From: Octopus sinensis
Taxonomy: Eukaryota
Reading direction: 5' to 3'
DNA length: 64,000 bases
NCBI RefSeq assembly: GCF_006345805.1
Contig: NC_043023.1
Location: 20,646,001 to 20,710,000, forward strand
Shown: positions 12,198 to 25,519 of the stretch, one piece after another
How positions within the stretch are numbered: position 1 is the stretch's first letter
How the letters are laid out: every line of letters starts with the position of its first letter
Notes under the pieces: generated by a model
Told to the model about the DNA's origin: nothing
Databases searched by the model: none
The model's input: the letters and a program-made list of their open reading frames with translations, nothing else
Program-made: the position numbers and the translations under genes

Positions 12198-14672
12198 TAC
12201 CTCAATGGACGTTATTGATTGGTTGAAATTGCAGAGATTGAAGAAGAAAAAAACCCAAAATATTTTACAAACTATAGAATTTTCTCAATAAAGCCAAGAA
12301 AAAATGATGTTTTATAAACACATTCTACCAGTATAAAATTTTTTAGTTACCTGGAAATTATGTTAAAAACTGCCGTTCAAACCGAAAAGATCCCTAATAG
12401 TTACAGTTTATTTAAGGAATCTAAATGATAATACAGGAATAGTAAGTACACAACTTGTAAACATACACCCATGACAACACTGTACTTGGTGGTGGCCATC
12501 AGGAACGTCAACTAAGCACATATACACACACACTTGCACACCTTTTCGTTTTATTGCGGTGTGGAATTTTAACCCCCCTCCTCCTCATGGGCAGCGTTGG
12601 GCTCTTTCTATCCCAAAGGGCGCTTTTGGTTTATTAGTTTTATTTGCTTTGAGATTCACTGATCCCCTGGGGAATTATTTGAGGTATTAAAACGGGCTGG
12701 AAGGAGAGGAGGAGTGTTTCAATAAAGTATGAGCCAAAACAAAGAAGAAAAAAATTTATTTAGCCCTCCTGAAGTACGGTTATGGGGTACATAACCACCC
12801 GTGGATAGTCCAGTTTTTCCGTGGGTGGGGTGTGGTATGTCTGCCTGTGTGTTTCATATGTGTGTGTGTATGTCTATTATTATTTATAGGCGACGAGTTG
12901 GCAGAATCGTTAGCATGCCAGGCAAACTTGCTTAGCGACATTTCGTCCTGTCTTCACGTTCTGAGTTCAAATTCCGCCATGGTCGACTTCGTTTTTCATC
13001 TTTTCAGTGTCGATAAAATAAATACCATTTGAGCACCGGGGTCCATCTAATCGACTTACCACCTCGCTCTCCCGAAATTATTATTGTGCCAAAGTTATTA
13101 TTATCATTAAGGGGGTTAAATGAATAAAGTTTTTCATCACATTTTATTTAATTAATACTGTAAATAAACTTTTTAAAATAAATTCAAATCAATAATTTAT
13201 TGGAAGTTTTTTTTTTGTTTTGTTTTGTTCGTTTTCTCTGATTTTTTTTTACGTTCCTTGATTCGACTAAATGGACAGGTCACTGCCTTCATAATAACAG
13301 ATACGGTCATCATATTTTCTTAGGAATAAGTGTATCAAGGAGTACATTATCTAACGTATCCTTTTTTTATTGAAGACTCAGGATGGTGTTATTTGGGAGG
13401 AATTTGGCTGTTGTTTCTGACAGTTTGAGTGCCCCCACCCAACCACAGGGGTTCCATACTTATGTATGTCTTTGTATATCAAGGATTTACAGCATCCAGA
13501 TATGTCCTCCCCTTTTTCGAATGGCTGGATGGGAATTTAGCTGTTATTTCATGCAAATTGAGCTGTCACCATAGCAGTTCATTTGTTGGCACGAAATTGG
13601 TGGTGGTGGTGGTGGTGGTGGTGGTGGTGGTGGTGGTAGTAGGAGTAGGAGTAGGAGTAGTTGTTAGACTAGTAAAGCCAGTGGTGATACTTATTGTGGT
13701 TGTTGCTCGATACCCTGCTGTCATCCAGAGCTTGAAATGAGTGAGAGATTTGGTTGTTATTTCAGCCGGTGATATGACCATGTAGAGGCCTCCCTTATCT
13801 ACCACATGCAGTGGAGTGGTATAGTTGTGTGTGTGTGTGTGTGTGTGTGATGGTAGGAATAATCTGTCATGGTTGATGGTTTCCCTTCATGTCTATCTGT
13901 GTATACATTATGGGTTTACAATTTGTATATATATGTATTGTGTGTTGGACACGTTATATATTCTATGCAACAGATGGGACTATGCTCCCCCCCCTTGCTC
14001 TCTCACACTCCACACTCTTATCTCATTTGAGTATTTGTGTGCATACAATTGGATGTTTGCAAATGATAATGTGTGTGTGTGTGTGTGTTTAGTTTCTGTA
14101 GAGCAAGGAGTGTGTGTATACTGTCATTTACAAATAGTGTGTATATGTGGTTTAATAACACTTACAAGCACACTAGGGGACAGTTATTGTACATAACATC
14201 GACACCAATAGGTGACTGGTACTTTGAACAACCCCGGGGGAAAAAGAAGTCGACCCGAGTAAGATTTGAACTCCCCTATGTAAAGCTAATAGACATGACC
14301 TTGTGCCAAGAAGTTTGGTGTGTCGACCATATTGCTCTGGGGTTGTTCATGCTAAGCAACACCTCGGGCAGGTGTTGTGATTTGATCCCTGTGTTGTGAG
14401 GGATCAGAGAAACTGTAGAGATGGACGTGTAAGTGTATAGCTGTAATAAGGAAGGCAAACCAAGAGTGAGATTTGGAAAGCATTTAATATGTACGTTTCA
14501 TGTTTGTGTAATATATCCATTACGTAAACCGTCCTCACCATTCAAAACATAGTAAAATAAAACAATTAAAAAATGTCTGAAAAAATACATTTATTTTCAA
14601 AATAATTGTTGGGTAAGGGGTTAAAGCCAGGAACTTTTCTGCACCTCCTCATATATATATATATGTATATAG

Positions 14673-15120
14673 TGGAGGCGCAATGGCCCAGTGGTTAGAG
14701 CAGCAGACTCGCGATTGTAGGATCGCGGTTTCGGTTCTTAAAGCTCCACGAGGCTCTGGCAGGGGATGGTGGTGAACCCTGCTGTACTCTTTCACCCTTT
14801 CTTCCTGTTTCTGTTGTACCTGTATTTCAAAGGGCCAGCCTTGGCTCATTCTATATCTCATTGACTCTCCCCGAGAACTATGTTAAGGGTACACGTGTCT
14901 GTGGAGTACTCAGCCACTTGCTCGTTAATAAAAGCTGCGGCATCACTTGTGCCAAGCTGTATCAGCCCCTTTGCCTTTCCCTTGGATAAAATCAGTGGCG
15001 TGGAGGGGAGAGGCTGGTGTGCATGGGCGACTGCTGGTCTTCCATAAACAACCTTGCCCAGGCTTGTGCCTTGGAGGGTAACTTTCTAGGTACAATCCCA
15101 TGGTCAGTCATGACCGAAAG
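14673..15120 (+). mobile_element. tRNA-Arg-like SINE, family D
   Basis: Head GGCGCAATGGCCCAGTGGTTAG...GACTCGCG...GGTTTCG with TCG in the anticodon-like loop. Confidence 0.85.
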
Positions 15121-15344
15121 GAGTCACAATATATATATATATATATATATATATAGTATACATTGTCTGGGAGACTCTTCTTATAGTAGACGAAATAGCT
15201 AAATTCTTTGGCTGCTATTTCTAAAAGTTTGGTCTGTGGTAAAGCAAATTTTTTTGCTGAACCCTAATTACATAATGTTTTTATATATATATATATATAT
15301 ATTTCATGCAAGACCCCACCATTATCATTAGTTTTGTAGGTATC

Positions 15345-15715
15345 AAGAGCACCATCCGAGCGTGATCGTTGCCAGAGCAGCCAACTGGCTTCCGGTGGCA
15401 CATAAAAGGGCACCATTCGAGTGTGATCGTTACCAACGTCGCCTTACTGGCACCTGTGCCAGTGGCATGTGTAAAAAGATTCGAGCGAGGTCATTGCCAG
15501 TACCGCCTGACTGGCACCTGTGCCAGTGGCACGTAAAAAGCACCCACTACACTCTCGGAGTGGTTGACGTCAGGAAGGGCATCCAGCTGTAGAAACTCTG
15601 CCAGATCAAGGACTGGAGCCTGGTGCAGCCATCTGGTTTGCCTGCCCTCAGTCAAAATCGTCCAACCCATGCCAGCATGGAAAGCGGATGTCGAACGACT
15701 ATGATGATGATGATG
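15345..15715 (+). mobile_element. SINE-like retroposon family C with (GAT)n tail
   Basis: GGTGGCACGTAAAAAGCACC repeats, AGGAAGGGCATCCAGCTGTAGAAAC core, GATGATGAT tail. Confidence 0.85.
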
Positions 15716-16614
15716 TATTCTGTCACATGCTTTATCTTTGGACTGCTACATGTTGCTGCATGTCTATGAGTCCCTTAGTAGTATCAGTCAGTTTCATTGA
15801 CCGTTAAACTGCATCTCTGTTACACTTGAGCGCTCATGTTTATTGTTCTTTTGGCTGCACACTTATTGCCTGCCTCTCTCTCTCTCTCTCTGTGCACTGT
15901 GTTTGTATATATGCAGTGTTTATAAAACCATTCACCATTATCAGCTGCCTTTTACATTTGCTCTTTTGCCATTCTCACAGTGTTGTTGTTGTTGTTGTTG
16001 TAATTCTATCTCTCTTTCTTTCCCCTCACCTCTCCATTGTTCTTTTCTTCTTCCCCATCTGTTTTCTATAATGCTGCTTTCGTCTGTCACATGATGAGGA
16101 AATAGTTCTTCTGTCGTCCATCCATTCACCACATCCAATGTACTTTGTTCGGTTGTCCCTTTTCAACCCTCTTCTCTTCCTCTAGTATTGCTTGATTAAA
16201 CTGCTGGACTTACGATTGTTGGCTGCTAGCAGCAGAGAAACCACTATCTTTTGACTACATGTGATCTACATGGATTTTGCAAACATTGCCTCTCTAGTTC
16301 TGGCCACCAAAGTTTTAGATATAACCTCTTCCCTTTAGTTCAGTGTTTCCCAACGTGGGGCATATGCTCCACCGGTGGGGTGTGGGGAAAATCGGAGTGG
16401 GGCATGCGTTAGCGTGGATTGTGAAAATTTTTGCAAGTGACTTGAGCACACACTTGTCGACCCTAAGCCTATCTTTGAACATTGAAATGATTTTATTTAA
16501 CATATTCCCCTCCCAGATTCACACACTTATTGCAGCAGTCCTTCGGTTTTTCTAAGCCCTGTAAAAAAAATCAGACGGTTGGGTCTCCAATCAGGCTTTC
16601 TACAATACCCTTAA

Positions 16615-16835
16615 CCCTTTAGTATTTAAACTGGCCATATCCGGCCAAAAGTATTCTGCCTGTTTTATGTTCAAACTAGCCAGATCTGGTCTCTCACACC
16701 AACCCTACAATATCATTTTAAAAATTAACAGTTACCTCATCAAAATCTCATAGCTACAAGATAATGCACAATTAGTTCAAAACAATGTGGATAAAAAAGC
16801 ATTAATTTTGGCAGAATAATGTGAACACTAAAGGG
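16615..16835 (+). mobile_element. piggyBac-type MITE family 1 (about 220 bp, TTAA TSD)
   Basis: TTAA|CCCTTTAG...CTAAAGGG|TTAA. A sister copy is at 17439-17660. Confidence 0.85.
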
Positions 16836-17438
16836 TTAAGGGCAGGACCTTTTCAAGCACCCCGTCATACTTTAACTCTTTAGCATTCAGGTTTCTCTGC
16901 CAATTGTAATGCTTATTTCTGCAAAATGTTTTGAATTAATCCTGCATTATGTCGTAGCTTTGAGATTTCAGTATGATTGTTTACTTTTAGACTGACATTT
17001 GTAACAACGTAGGTGGGAGAGGCCAGATTTTGCCTGCACATAGAAAAGAAAGAGTATATTCTGGCTGGATAGAGTCAGTGTAAATGCCAAAGGGTCAAAA
17101 CGGGGAGTTTGTATCATTAAACTGGGGATAGTCTTTGGTATGTTGGTATTAAAAGGGTTAACAAATGGTTATAAAAAGCTCTTCCTTTGCGGTGGGGTGG
17201 GGATTAAAGAATTACTGGGGTATTAAATTGAATGTAACAGGGAGGATTAATGAAATAAAAATTTAGATTGTAGAAAAAAATTTGGAAAATTTGTCATTAA
17301 AAAAAAAAAAATTGTTTATAGGGTAAAGTTTAAATAATAGGCAAAAAAATCCTGATCCAAAATTTATCAACATTTTGTTAGGGGACAAAACTGCTTCTAC
17401 TAGGCTGCTTGTATTTGATTTTGTATTTAACTCTTTAA

Positions 17439-17660
17439 CCCTTTAGCATTTAAACCGGCCATATCCGGCCAAAAGTATTCTGCTTGAATTATGTTCAAAC
17501 TGGCCAGATCTGGTCTCTCACACCAACCCTACAATATCATTTTAAAAATTAACGGTTACCTCATCAAATTCTCATAGCTACAAGGTAATGCACAATTAGT
17601 TAAAAAAAAATGTGGATGAAGAAGCATTAATTTTGGTAGAATAATGCAAACACTAAAGGG
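17439..17660 (+). mobile_element. piggyBac-type MITE family 1
   Basis: TTAA|CCCTTTAG...CTAAAGGG|TTAA. Confidence 0.85.
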
Positions 17661-19859
17661 TTAAATCTGATTTTGTTGTTTTCAAATTAGACTCTGTCGA
17701 ATTGGAAATGTTTATACCTAAGAAGTTTGTTTTCCAGTCCCATGGCTTTGGTTCCAGGCAAATGCATTTTATTTTAGCTGCAGACCAACCTTGTGAGTGG
17801 ATGTCAAAAATGCCCATTGTGTGTGTGTTTGAATATGCAGTGCATTATATGGATTTACAGAACCCTGTGGCGATCACAAAAAGCTCCTCCAGTGGACCTG
17901 GCTATCAGACCATACAGTAATCCAATATGGAAGAGTATAATGTAGAGTTTTATGCAGCTGAAATGTAGGAGATACAATATATGAAGTTATTTTATGAGAG
18001 CATATAGATCTAAAAAACCAGGAGGTATGGTGTGTGTGTGTGTGTGTGTGTTACTGTCTCCTTGTCTAGACCTCACACGGCAGTTGTAAATGAGCATCAT
18101 TGTCAAACAAGTGGTATTATTAATTTCCAATCTTCTGTGAAAACATGTCTGGCCATGGGGGAAATATTCCCCTACATGAAAACCAGTGAAGGTTGGTGAC
18201 AGGAAGGGCATCCAGCTGTTGGAAACTTTCCTTAAATTCTGCCCAACCCATTCCAGCATAGAAAAGAGGACCTTAAAATGGCAGTGATATATTTACATTT
18301 TATAGCTCTGTACACACCCCTAATATTTAGGTTTAAAGACCTAGCAAGAAAAGGTGCATTATACACAAATAAACATGGCATATAAACCAAATGGTTCTGG
18401 GTTCAGTCCCATTGTTTGGCACCTTGGGCAAGTGTCTTCTACTATAGTCTCTGGCCAACCAAAGCCTTGTGAATGGATTTGGTAGGTGGGAACCATAAGA
18501 AGCTCGTCAGTGCCCCCTAACTGGCTCCCATGCCGATGGCACGTAAAAAACACTATCTGAATGCGATTGATTCCAGGGCCACCTGACTGGCTCCTGTACT
18601 GGTGGCACGTAAAAAGCTCCCACTACACTATTGGAGTGGTTGGTGTTAGGAAGAGCATCCAATTGTAGAAACATTGCCTGACCAGATTGGAGCCAGGTGC
18701 AGCTGCTGGCTTTCCAGAAGTCTGTGAAACCGTCCAACCCATGCCAGCATGGAAAATGGACGTTAAACAATGATGATGATGATGTATGCATTTGTGTGTC
18801 TGTGTTTGTCTCCCCCACCATTGCTTGACACTGATGTTGGTGTGTTTACACCCCCGTAACTTAGCAGTTTGGCAAAATAATTACTAGGCTTACAAAGAAT
18901 AAGCCCTGGGGTTGACTTGTTCGACTAAAGGCAGTGCTCCAGCATGACACAGTCAAATGACTGAAACAAGTAAAAGAGTAAATGCACAGTCCTATTTTTA
19001 TACGTGCATGCAAGTGTATCTGTGTGTGTATCATCACCATCCTCACCATCACCACCACCACCACCACCACTACCATCATCATCACCATCTGCATCACCAC
19101 CATCATCATCATCATCGTTTACTGTCCGCTTTCCATGCTGGCAGGGGTTGGACGGTTCAACTGGGGTCTGGGAAGCCAGAAGGCTGCACCAGGCCCAGTC
19201 TGATCTGGCAGTGTTTCTACGGCTGCATGCCCTTCCTAACGCCAACCACTCCGTGAGTGTAGTGGGTGCTTTTTATGTGCCACCGGCACTGGTCTCACAT
19301 CTACATTTTCCATTGTTGATCGATTTTGATTTTGATTCTCACTTGCCTCAAAAGGTTTTCACAAGTAGAGTTTTGTGTCCCAAGAAGGAAAGGTATGCAT
19401 AAGTGGACTGGCTACATCCCAGGTGGAAGCCACGGGTTATGGTCTCACTTGTCCTGCCGGGGTCTTCTCACGCATGTATGTGTGTAAAATATCAAAATAT
19501 CCTTGTGTGTAGTTGAGGAATTGAGGTTGTTTATAGTGAAAACTATTGACATTCAAAGTATGTGCAAACAGAGCTGAGGTCGCAGCCGATTTTCAAAAGA
19601 CAGCTTCACTTTGGTACGGTTGCAGGAGCCATTGTTCCACGCACAAGTGTGTGTTTGTCTTGCCTCTTTCAGACAAAGCATGTTGTACTCGAAGGCCTGG
19701 CCATATAAAAGTGTTTAAGAGAATACTTAGAGAAGACACCAATTGTTATTGTTGTTGTTGTTGTATATAGACCAGCTTAACTGTAAGGATTGAATGTGTG
19801 TGTTTAATCTGTGGTCGTCCTGTGTTTTATTCAGATTTTCTGTGCTCACAGATCCGGGT

Positions 19860-20400
19860 GCAAACAACTTCCCTAGCAACTAATACACCCGGACTGCTAT
19901 ACTGTGTTTGTCAGTGTATGAAAGATGGGATGGTCACAGCTGGAGCTTTTTCAATTGGTTTCCCGTGTCTTAGACACACTACTTCTGTATAAAGGATGGG
20001 ATGGTCACAGCTGCTGCGGTCAGGACTAACCTAGTACTAAACAGCTATAACTACCAATACTATACTGCATATTAAGTACACTGTGTTTTAATAAAAGATG
20101 GGATGGTCACAGCTGGAACAGCTTGGCTTATAGGCCTGTCTGGATCAAGCAACAACATTAGCCACTAATACTAACTACAGTACATTAGATAATGTAGGCC
20201 AAGATACACTTAGGATAAAGGATGGGATGGTCACTGCCGGAATATCTTTCATTATAAGTTTGCTGGATAAGTCCTGCCTCGGGGTTAAACAACAGCAGCA
20301 ACTAATATTAACTACCATACATTAGATCATGTATTCCTAGATACACTAGGCCTGAATAAAAGATATGTTGGTCACAGGTGGGACATGTTTGATTATACGT
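19860..20400 (+). repeat. Degenerate tandem array of ATAAARGATGGGATGGTCAC-containing units
   Basis: Motif starts at 19924, 19995, 20097, 20221 and 20362 (periods 71, 102, 124, 141). Confidence 0.8.
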
Positions 20401-20821
20401 CTGCTTGATCAGGATTGATTTGGGGGTCAAAGTTAAATCACAGAAATTCAGTTTCCATTTTGCTAGTTTTGCATTTAACCAACATTGATTATTATTACAT
20501 AGCCTCAGCCCAGAATTGCGTAATCTTTGCAGTGATTTGCCAAAACATGTGTATGGCTCTGTAAAGCATGAATAATGTGTTTTTTGTATTTTATTAATAC
20601 TGTGTGTGTGTGTGTGGCTATGTCTTTAAGAATTTCCCGATCTCATTGATTTCTGTTTACTTCCACCAGTGTGTAACACTTTGGCTAAGTGCGTGGTACT
20701 TTAGGCCCAGGCTGTCCAAAGCCTTGTGAGTGGATTTGGTAGGCTAAAGGCAGCGGCCGAGCGAAATGCTTAGCAGTATTTCACCTGTCTTAACGCATAA
20801 ATATATATAATTAAGGTTGAT

Positions 20822-21598
20822 TAAGGTGGTGAACTGACAGAGTTGTTAGCACGCCGGGTGAAATGCTTAGCGGTATTTCGTCTGCCGCTACGTACTGAGT
20901 TCAAATTCCGCCGAGGTCGACTTTGCCTTTCATCCTTTCGGGGTCGATAAATTAAGTACCATTTATGCACTGGGGTCGATGCAATCGACTTAATCCGTTT
21001 GTCTGTCCTTGTTTTTTCCCCTCTGTGTGTAGCCCCTTGTGGGTAGCAAAGAAATAGGAATAGCTATTTCGTCTGCCGCTACGTACTGAGTTCAAATTCC
21101 GCCGAGGTCGACTTTGCCTTTCATCCTTTCGGGGTCGATAAATTGAGTACCAGTTATGCACTTGGGTCGATGTAATCGACTTTATCCGTTTGTCTGTCCT
21201 TTTTTGTGTTTCGCCCCTTGTGGGTAGCAAAGAAATAGGAATAGGTATTTCGTCTGTCGTTACGTTCTGAGTTCAAATTCCGCCGAGGTTGACTTTACCT
21301 TTCATCCAATCAAGTACCAGTTATGCACTGGGGTCGATGTGATCGACTTAATCCGTTTGTCTGTCCTTGTTTGTCCCCTCTGTGTGTGGCCCCTTGTGGG
21401 TAATAAAGAAATAGGTATTTCGTCTGTCGTTACGTTCTGAGTTCAAATTCCGCTGAGGTCGACTTTGCCCTTCATCCTTTCGGGGTCGATAAATTAAGTA
21501 CCAGTTATGCACTGGGGTCGATGTGATCGACTTAATCCGTTTGTCTGTCCTTGTTTGTCCCCTCTGTGTGTGGCCCCTTGTAGGCAGTAAAGAAATAG
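20822..21598 (+). mobile_element. SINE family B, head-to-tail multimer (4 units)
   Basis: One head followed by about 170-190-bp units re-entering at GTATTTCGTCTG after AAAGAAATAG. Confidence 0.9.
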
Positions 21599-21867
21599 GC
21601 AGGCATAACAACAGCTAACCCCTTTTGTGGATAAAAAACAATTGGCTGTTGATAATAGGAAAGTAGTTATATGTATGCATAAGTGTTATTGGGTTTAAGA
21701 CAGATCTGCCATTGGTGGTCCTGTTTGTGGATGTTGGAAATGGGAGACTGTTTGTCGGACTTTGGCTTGCATTTACAACAATCACACGGTGGCAAGCAGG
21801 GCTTTGGAGTCGGAGCTGGAGTCTGTAAAACTTTACTGACTCCGACTCATAGTATCTTTATTCTTTA

Positions 21868-22363
21868 ACCGGCTCTGGCTCTGTGGTAAAATGTCTTGTT
21901 TTCATAAGTTCTGAATTAAAATCTTCCACCAAACCTTAGTCACAATTTACGTTCCTAACACTAGCTTAATGATAACTAAGTTATTTTACTAAATTCTTTG
22001 TTATATTTAAAATTAATTGAAGAAAACACAGAGCATCTCAACAGAAATATGGTAACAAAAGGGTTTAAAGACAGTCAGTCAAATGTGCCTTCAATTTGCA
22101 CAAGATTTGGCTGCTATTTCTAACAAGTGTTACAAAATCTGCAAATTTACCCTTTTGATACCAACCTGACTGAAACCTGTTCTGGCCCTGAGTACAAATG
22201 TCTTGTAAGATTTGAATTAAAATCTTCCACCAAACCTTAGTCACAATTTACGTTCCTAACACTAGCTTAATGATAACTAAGTTATTTTACAAAATTCTTT
22301 GTTATATTTAAAGTAATTGAAAGAAACACAGAGCATCTCAAAATAAATACAGTAACGAAAGGG
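21868..22363 (+). mobile_element. Composite of two piggyBac-type MITE family 2 copies around an 81-bp spacer
   Basis: ...GGTAACAAAAGGG, spacer 22069-22149, then CCCTTTTGATACC...GTAACGAAAGGG|TTAA. The same composite occurs at 52772-53651. Confidence 0.85.
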
Positions 22364-23027
22364 TTAATATAAACCAGTTATAATATATAGGCTTATATAC
22401 TAGCTGAATTACTTGGTAATACCCGGAAAAGCTGGGGTTTATTCCCAGTTCTCTGTTCTCATTACACTGTCTCCTGTCCTATCCTGTTCCCTGTTCAGCT
22501 CCCGTTTTAGCTTCAATCCCATTCCTATCCCCAATCCTATGTCAATATATAACTTTTAGAATCAGTTAGGTCTAATTAAGCCATTAAACATTTTATTAAC
22601 TTCTATGGTAATAGTTTATTGCTAACAATAGGTATTACAAACTATTAATATGATTAGTAGGTGAATAAGGACTGTCCCTACATTATTTTAACAAGCAAAC
22701 ATGCATCTTCTGAGTAAAATAAATTAGATAAAGAGATAGATTTACAAATACATTGACAAATAGTCCACGTATTGTAGCTGATGTTGTCTTGTGTCGTAGC
22801 TTATCATAACTGATTTGTAAACATCTGAACAAAGATTAGTGCTAAATTTATCTTCTGTTTCTTTCATCCATTATATAAGTGTAATAGGCTGAAACTGTAG
22901 TGATAGTTGGAGGCTTGACTGACGAATAGAAAGCCACGAATGTTCTGTCATGGTTTTCCTGTCCATCCTTGTATTGTTCATCTGTCCACATGTTTTTATT
23001 GTTGTCTGTTATGCTCTTGTTTCATTT

Positions 23028-23058
<31 letters not shown>

Positions 23059-23110
23059 TTTTATGTATGTATGTATTCTCCATTTTCTGTATATTGTTCA
23101 AATTTTTTCA

Positions 23111-23586
23111 AGTGGCTGTGTGGTAAGAAGCTTGCTTACCAAACACCTTGTTCCGGGTTCAGTCCCACTGCATGGCACCTTGGGCAAGTGTCTTCTACTA
23201 TGACCTCGGTCCAACCAGAGCCTTGTGAGTGGATTTAGTAGACAGAAACTGAAAGAAGCCCGTCGTATATATGTATGTGTATATATGTATGTGTCTGTGT
23301 TCGTCCCCGCCAACATTGCTTGACAACCGATGCTGGAGTGTTTATCTCCCCGTAACTTAGCAGTTCGGCAAAAGAGACCGATAGAATAAATCACCATCAT
23401 CATTGGTCGACCGTGGTCGAGACAATGGAATTTACCATGCTACGCCAGACTTCACGGTCCATCATAGCATCACGGAATAAATACTAGGCTTATAAAGAAT
23501 AAGTCCTGGGGTCAGTTTGCTCGACTAAAGGCGGTGCTCCAGCATGGCTGCAGTCAAATGACTGAAATAAGTAAAAAGAGTAAAGG
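23111..23586 (+). mobile_element. SINE family A interrupted by an RTE stub
   Basis: Family A sequence with an insertion at 23392-23474. Confidence 0.85.
23392..23474 (-). mobile_element. 83-bp 5'-truncated RTE-like LINE end with 8-bp TSD
   Basis: Minus strand encodes RDAMMDREVWRSMVNSIVSTTVDQ* then an (ATG)n-like tail. GAATAAAT is duplicated at 23384-23391 and 23475-23482. Confidence 0.75.
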
Positions 23587-23809
23587 AGTATATTGAAAAC
23601 GATGGAAACCCCTATAACAACAACTGGAATTTCAGGTGTATAAGGTACTAATACTGAGGAAGAAGCAATAATGGACACGAGTACATAGACACATGTAGAA
23701 TTCCCAATATCGTTAATCGATATAGAGCTAAACTGGTGTATGCTTGGATAAGATTTATCCCTAGGAAAAAACAACCTCTTTCCATACAGACTTATATATA
23801 TATATATAT

Positions 23810-24378
23810 GGAAGCACTCCGTCGGTTACGACGACGAGGGTTCCGGTTGAACCGAATCAACGGAACAGCCTGCTCGTGAAATTAACGTGTAAGTGGCTGA
23901 GCACTCCACAGACACGTGTACCCTTAACGTAGTTCCCGGGGATATTCAGCGTGACACAGAGAGTGACAAGGCCGGCCGTTTGAAATACAGGTACAACAGA
24001 AACAGGAAGTAAGAGTGAGAGAAAGTTGTGGTGAAAGAGTACAGCAGGGATCACCACCATCCCCTGCAGGAGCACTCCATCGGTTACGACGATGAGGGTT
24101 CCGGTTGATCCGATCAACGGAACAGCCTGCTCGTGAAATTAACGTGTAAGTGGCTGAGCACTCCACAGACACGTGTACCCTTAACGTAGTTCTCGGGGAT
24201 ATTCAGCGTGACACAGAGAGTGACAAGGCCGGCCCCTTGAAATACAGGTACAACAGAAACAGGAAGTAAGAGTGAGAGAAAGTTGTGGTGAAAGAGTACA
24301 GCAGGGATCACCACCATCCCTGCCGGAGCCTCATGGAGCTTTAGGTGTTTTCACTCAATAAACACTCACAACGCCCGG

Positions 24379-24380
<2 letters not shown>
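23810..24380 (-). mobile_element. SINE family D with tandemly duplicated 3' part
   Basis: Two consecutive copies of the family D body, nearly identical to the + copy at 29723-30090. Confidence 0.9.
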
Positions 24381-24417
<37 letters not shown>

Positions 24418-24685
24418 ACTTATAAACAAGAGCAAGCCGAAATTTCTCTCGGCTTGCTTCGAAACGCTTTCTTGTAGTGATGAATTATATGGTTATTTAC
24501 GATTTAAGTCTATTTTCGGCATATTTGGTATTAGAATTTTTCTTTTGCCCTTGTTTATAAGTTGTTTATAAATTTAACCATTAAAGGTATTTTTTAATAT
24601 GCTGGCTATTGATAAAATTTGTTCGAAAAGTTTATCCTACATTAGATGTAAATTTTATATATATATGTATGTATATGTATGTATG

Positions 24686-24734
<49 letters not shown>

Positions 24735-25519
24735 GAGAGGGAGAGAGAGTAATACCTCACTTTACAAGAACCTGGATTTACGCGTTTCATTTTTCAAGTG
24801 CGAGATTTAAATTTTGAGCAAAGTGCAAAAGTTTCTTCTACCATAACAAAAGTTTCTGCATGTTACTGAGAAATTTATAAGCAAACAACTCTAGACTTGT
24901 TTTTTTAAAAGAGATCTCTCAGGCGTTGCTGTGTGGTAAGAAGCTTGCTTCCCAACCACGTGGTTCTGAGTTCAGTCCCATGCCATCTTAGCCAAGCGTT
25001 TTCTTCTATGGCCTCGGGCCGACCAAAACCTTGTGAATGGATTTGGTAGACAGAAACTGAAATATGTCCATCGTGTATATATACCATGTGTCTGTGTTTG
25101 TCACCCCTAGCATCGCTTGACAACCAGTGTTGGTGTGTTTATATCCCCGAAACTTAGCAATTCAGCAAAAGAGACTGGTAAATTAAGTACTAGACTTACA
25201 AAGAATAAGTCCTGGGCCTGATTTCTTTGACTAAAGGCAGTGCTCCAACATGGCCGCAGTCAAATGCCTGAAGACTGTAAAAGAGTAAAAAGTCCATCTG
25301 CGAGTGCTTGTAGAAGGATCCTGATCACCCCCATGTGACCAGAAGTGGAGTAAAGCATTTCCATAAAATAAAGAACTGTCAGGTCGACCGTGTTGGTCGT
25401 TTGTATAGGATTACTTTGTTAGTTTAATAGTGTCCCTACATTTACGTCCTGCCTGAACATATTCATTTGGGTAACACTATTCCTACACCCTTGTGCACAC
25501 CCCAACATGATCCTAACAT

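Noticed and set aside
12560-12780. NFNPPPP...FTDPLG and MSQNKEEKNLFSPPE as JmjN candidates
   Set aside because: Wrong spacing between motifs, an in-frame stop, and no supporting splice structure.
19860-20400. CRISPR-like repeat-spacer appearance (also 6220-6675)
   Set aside because: Eukaryotic context, homologous or microsatellite spacers, irregular lengths, no cas genes.
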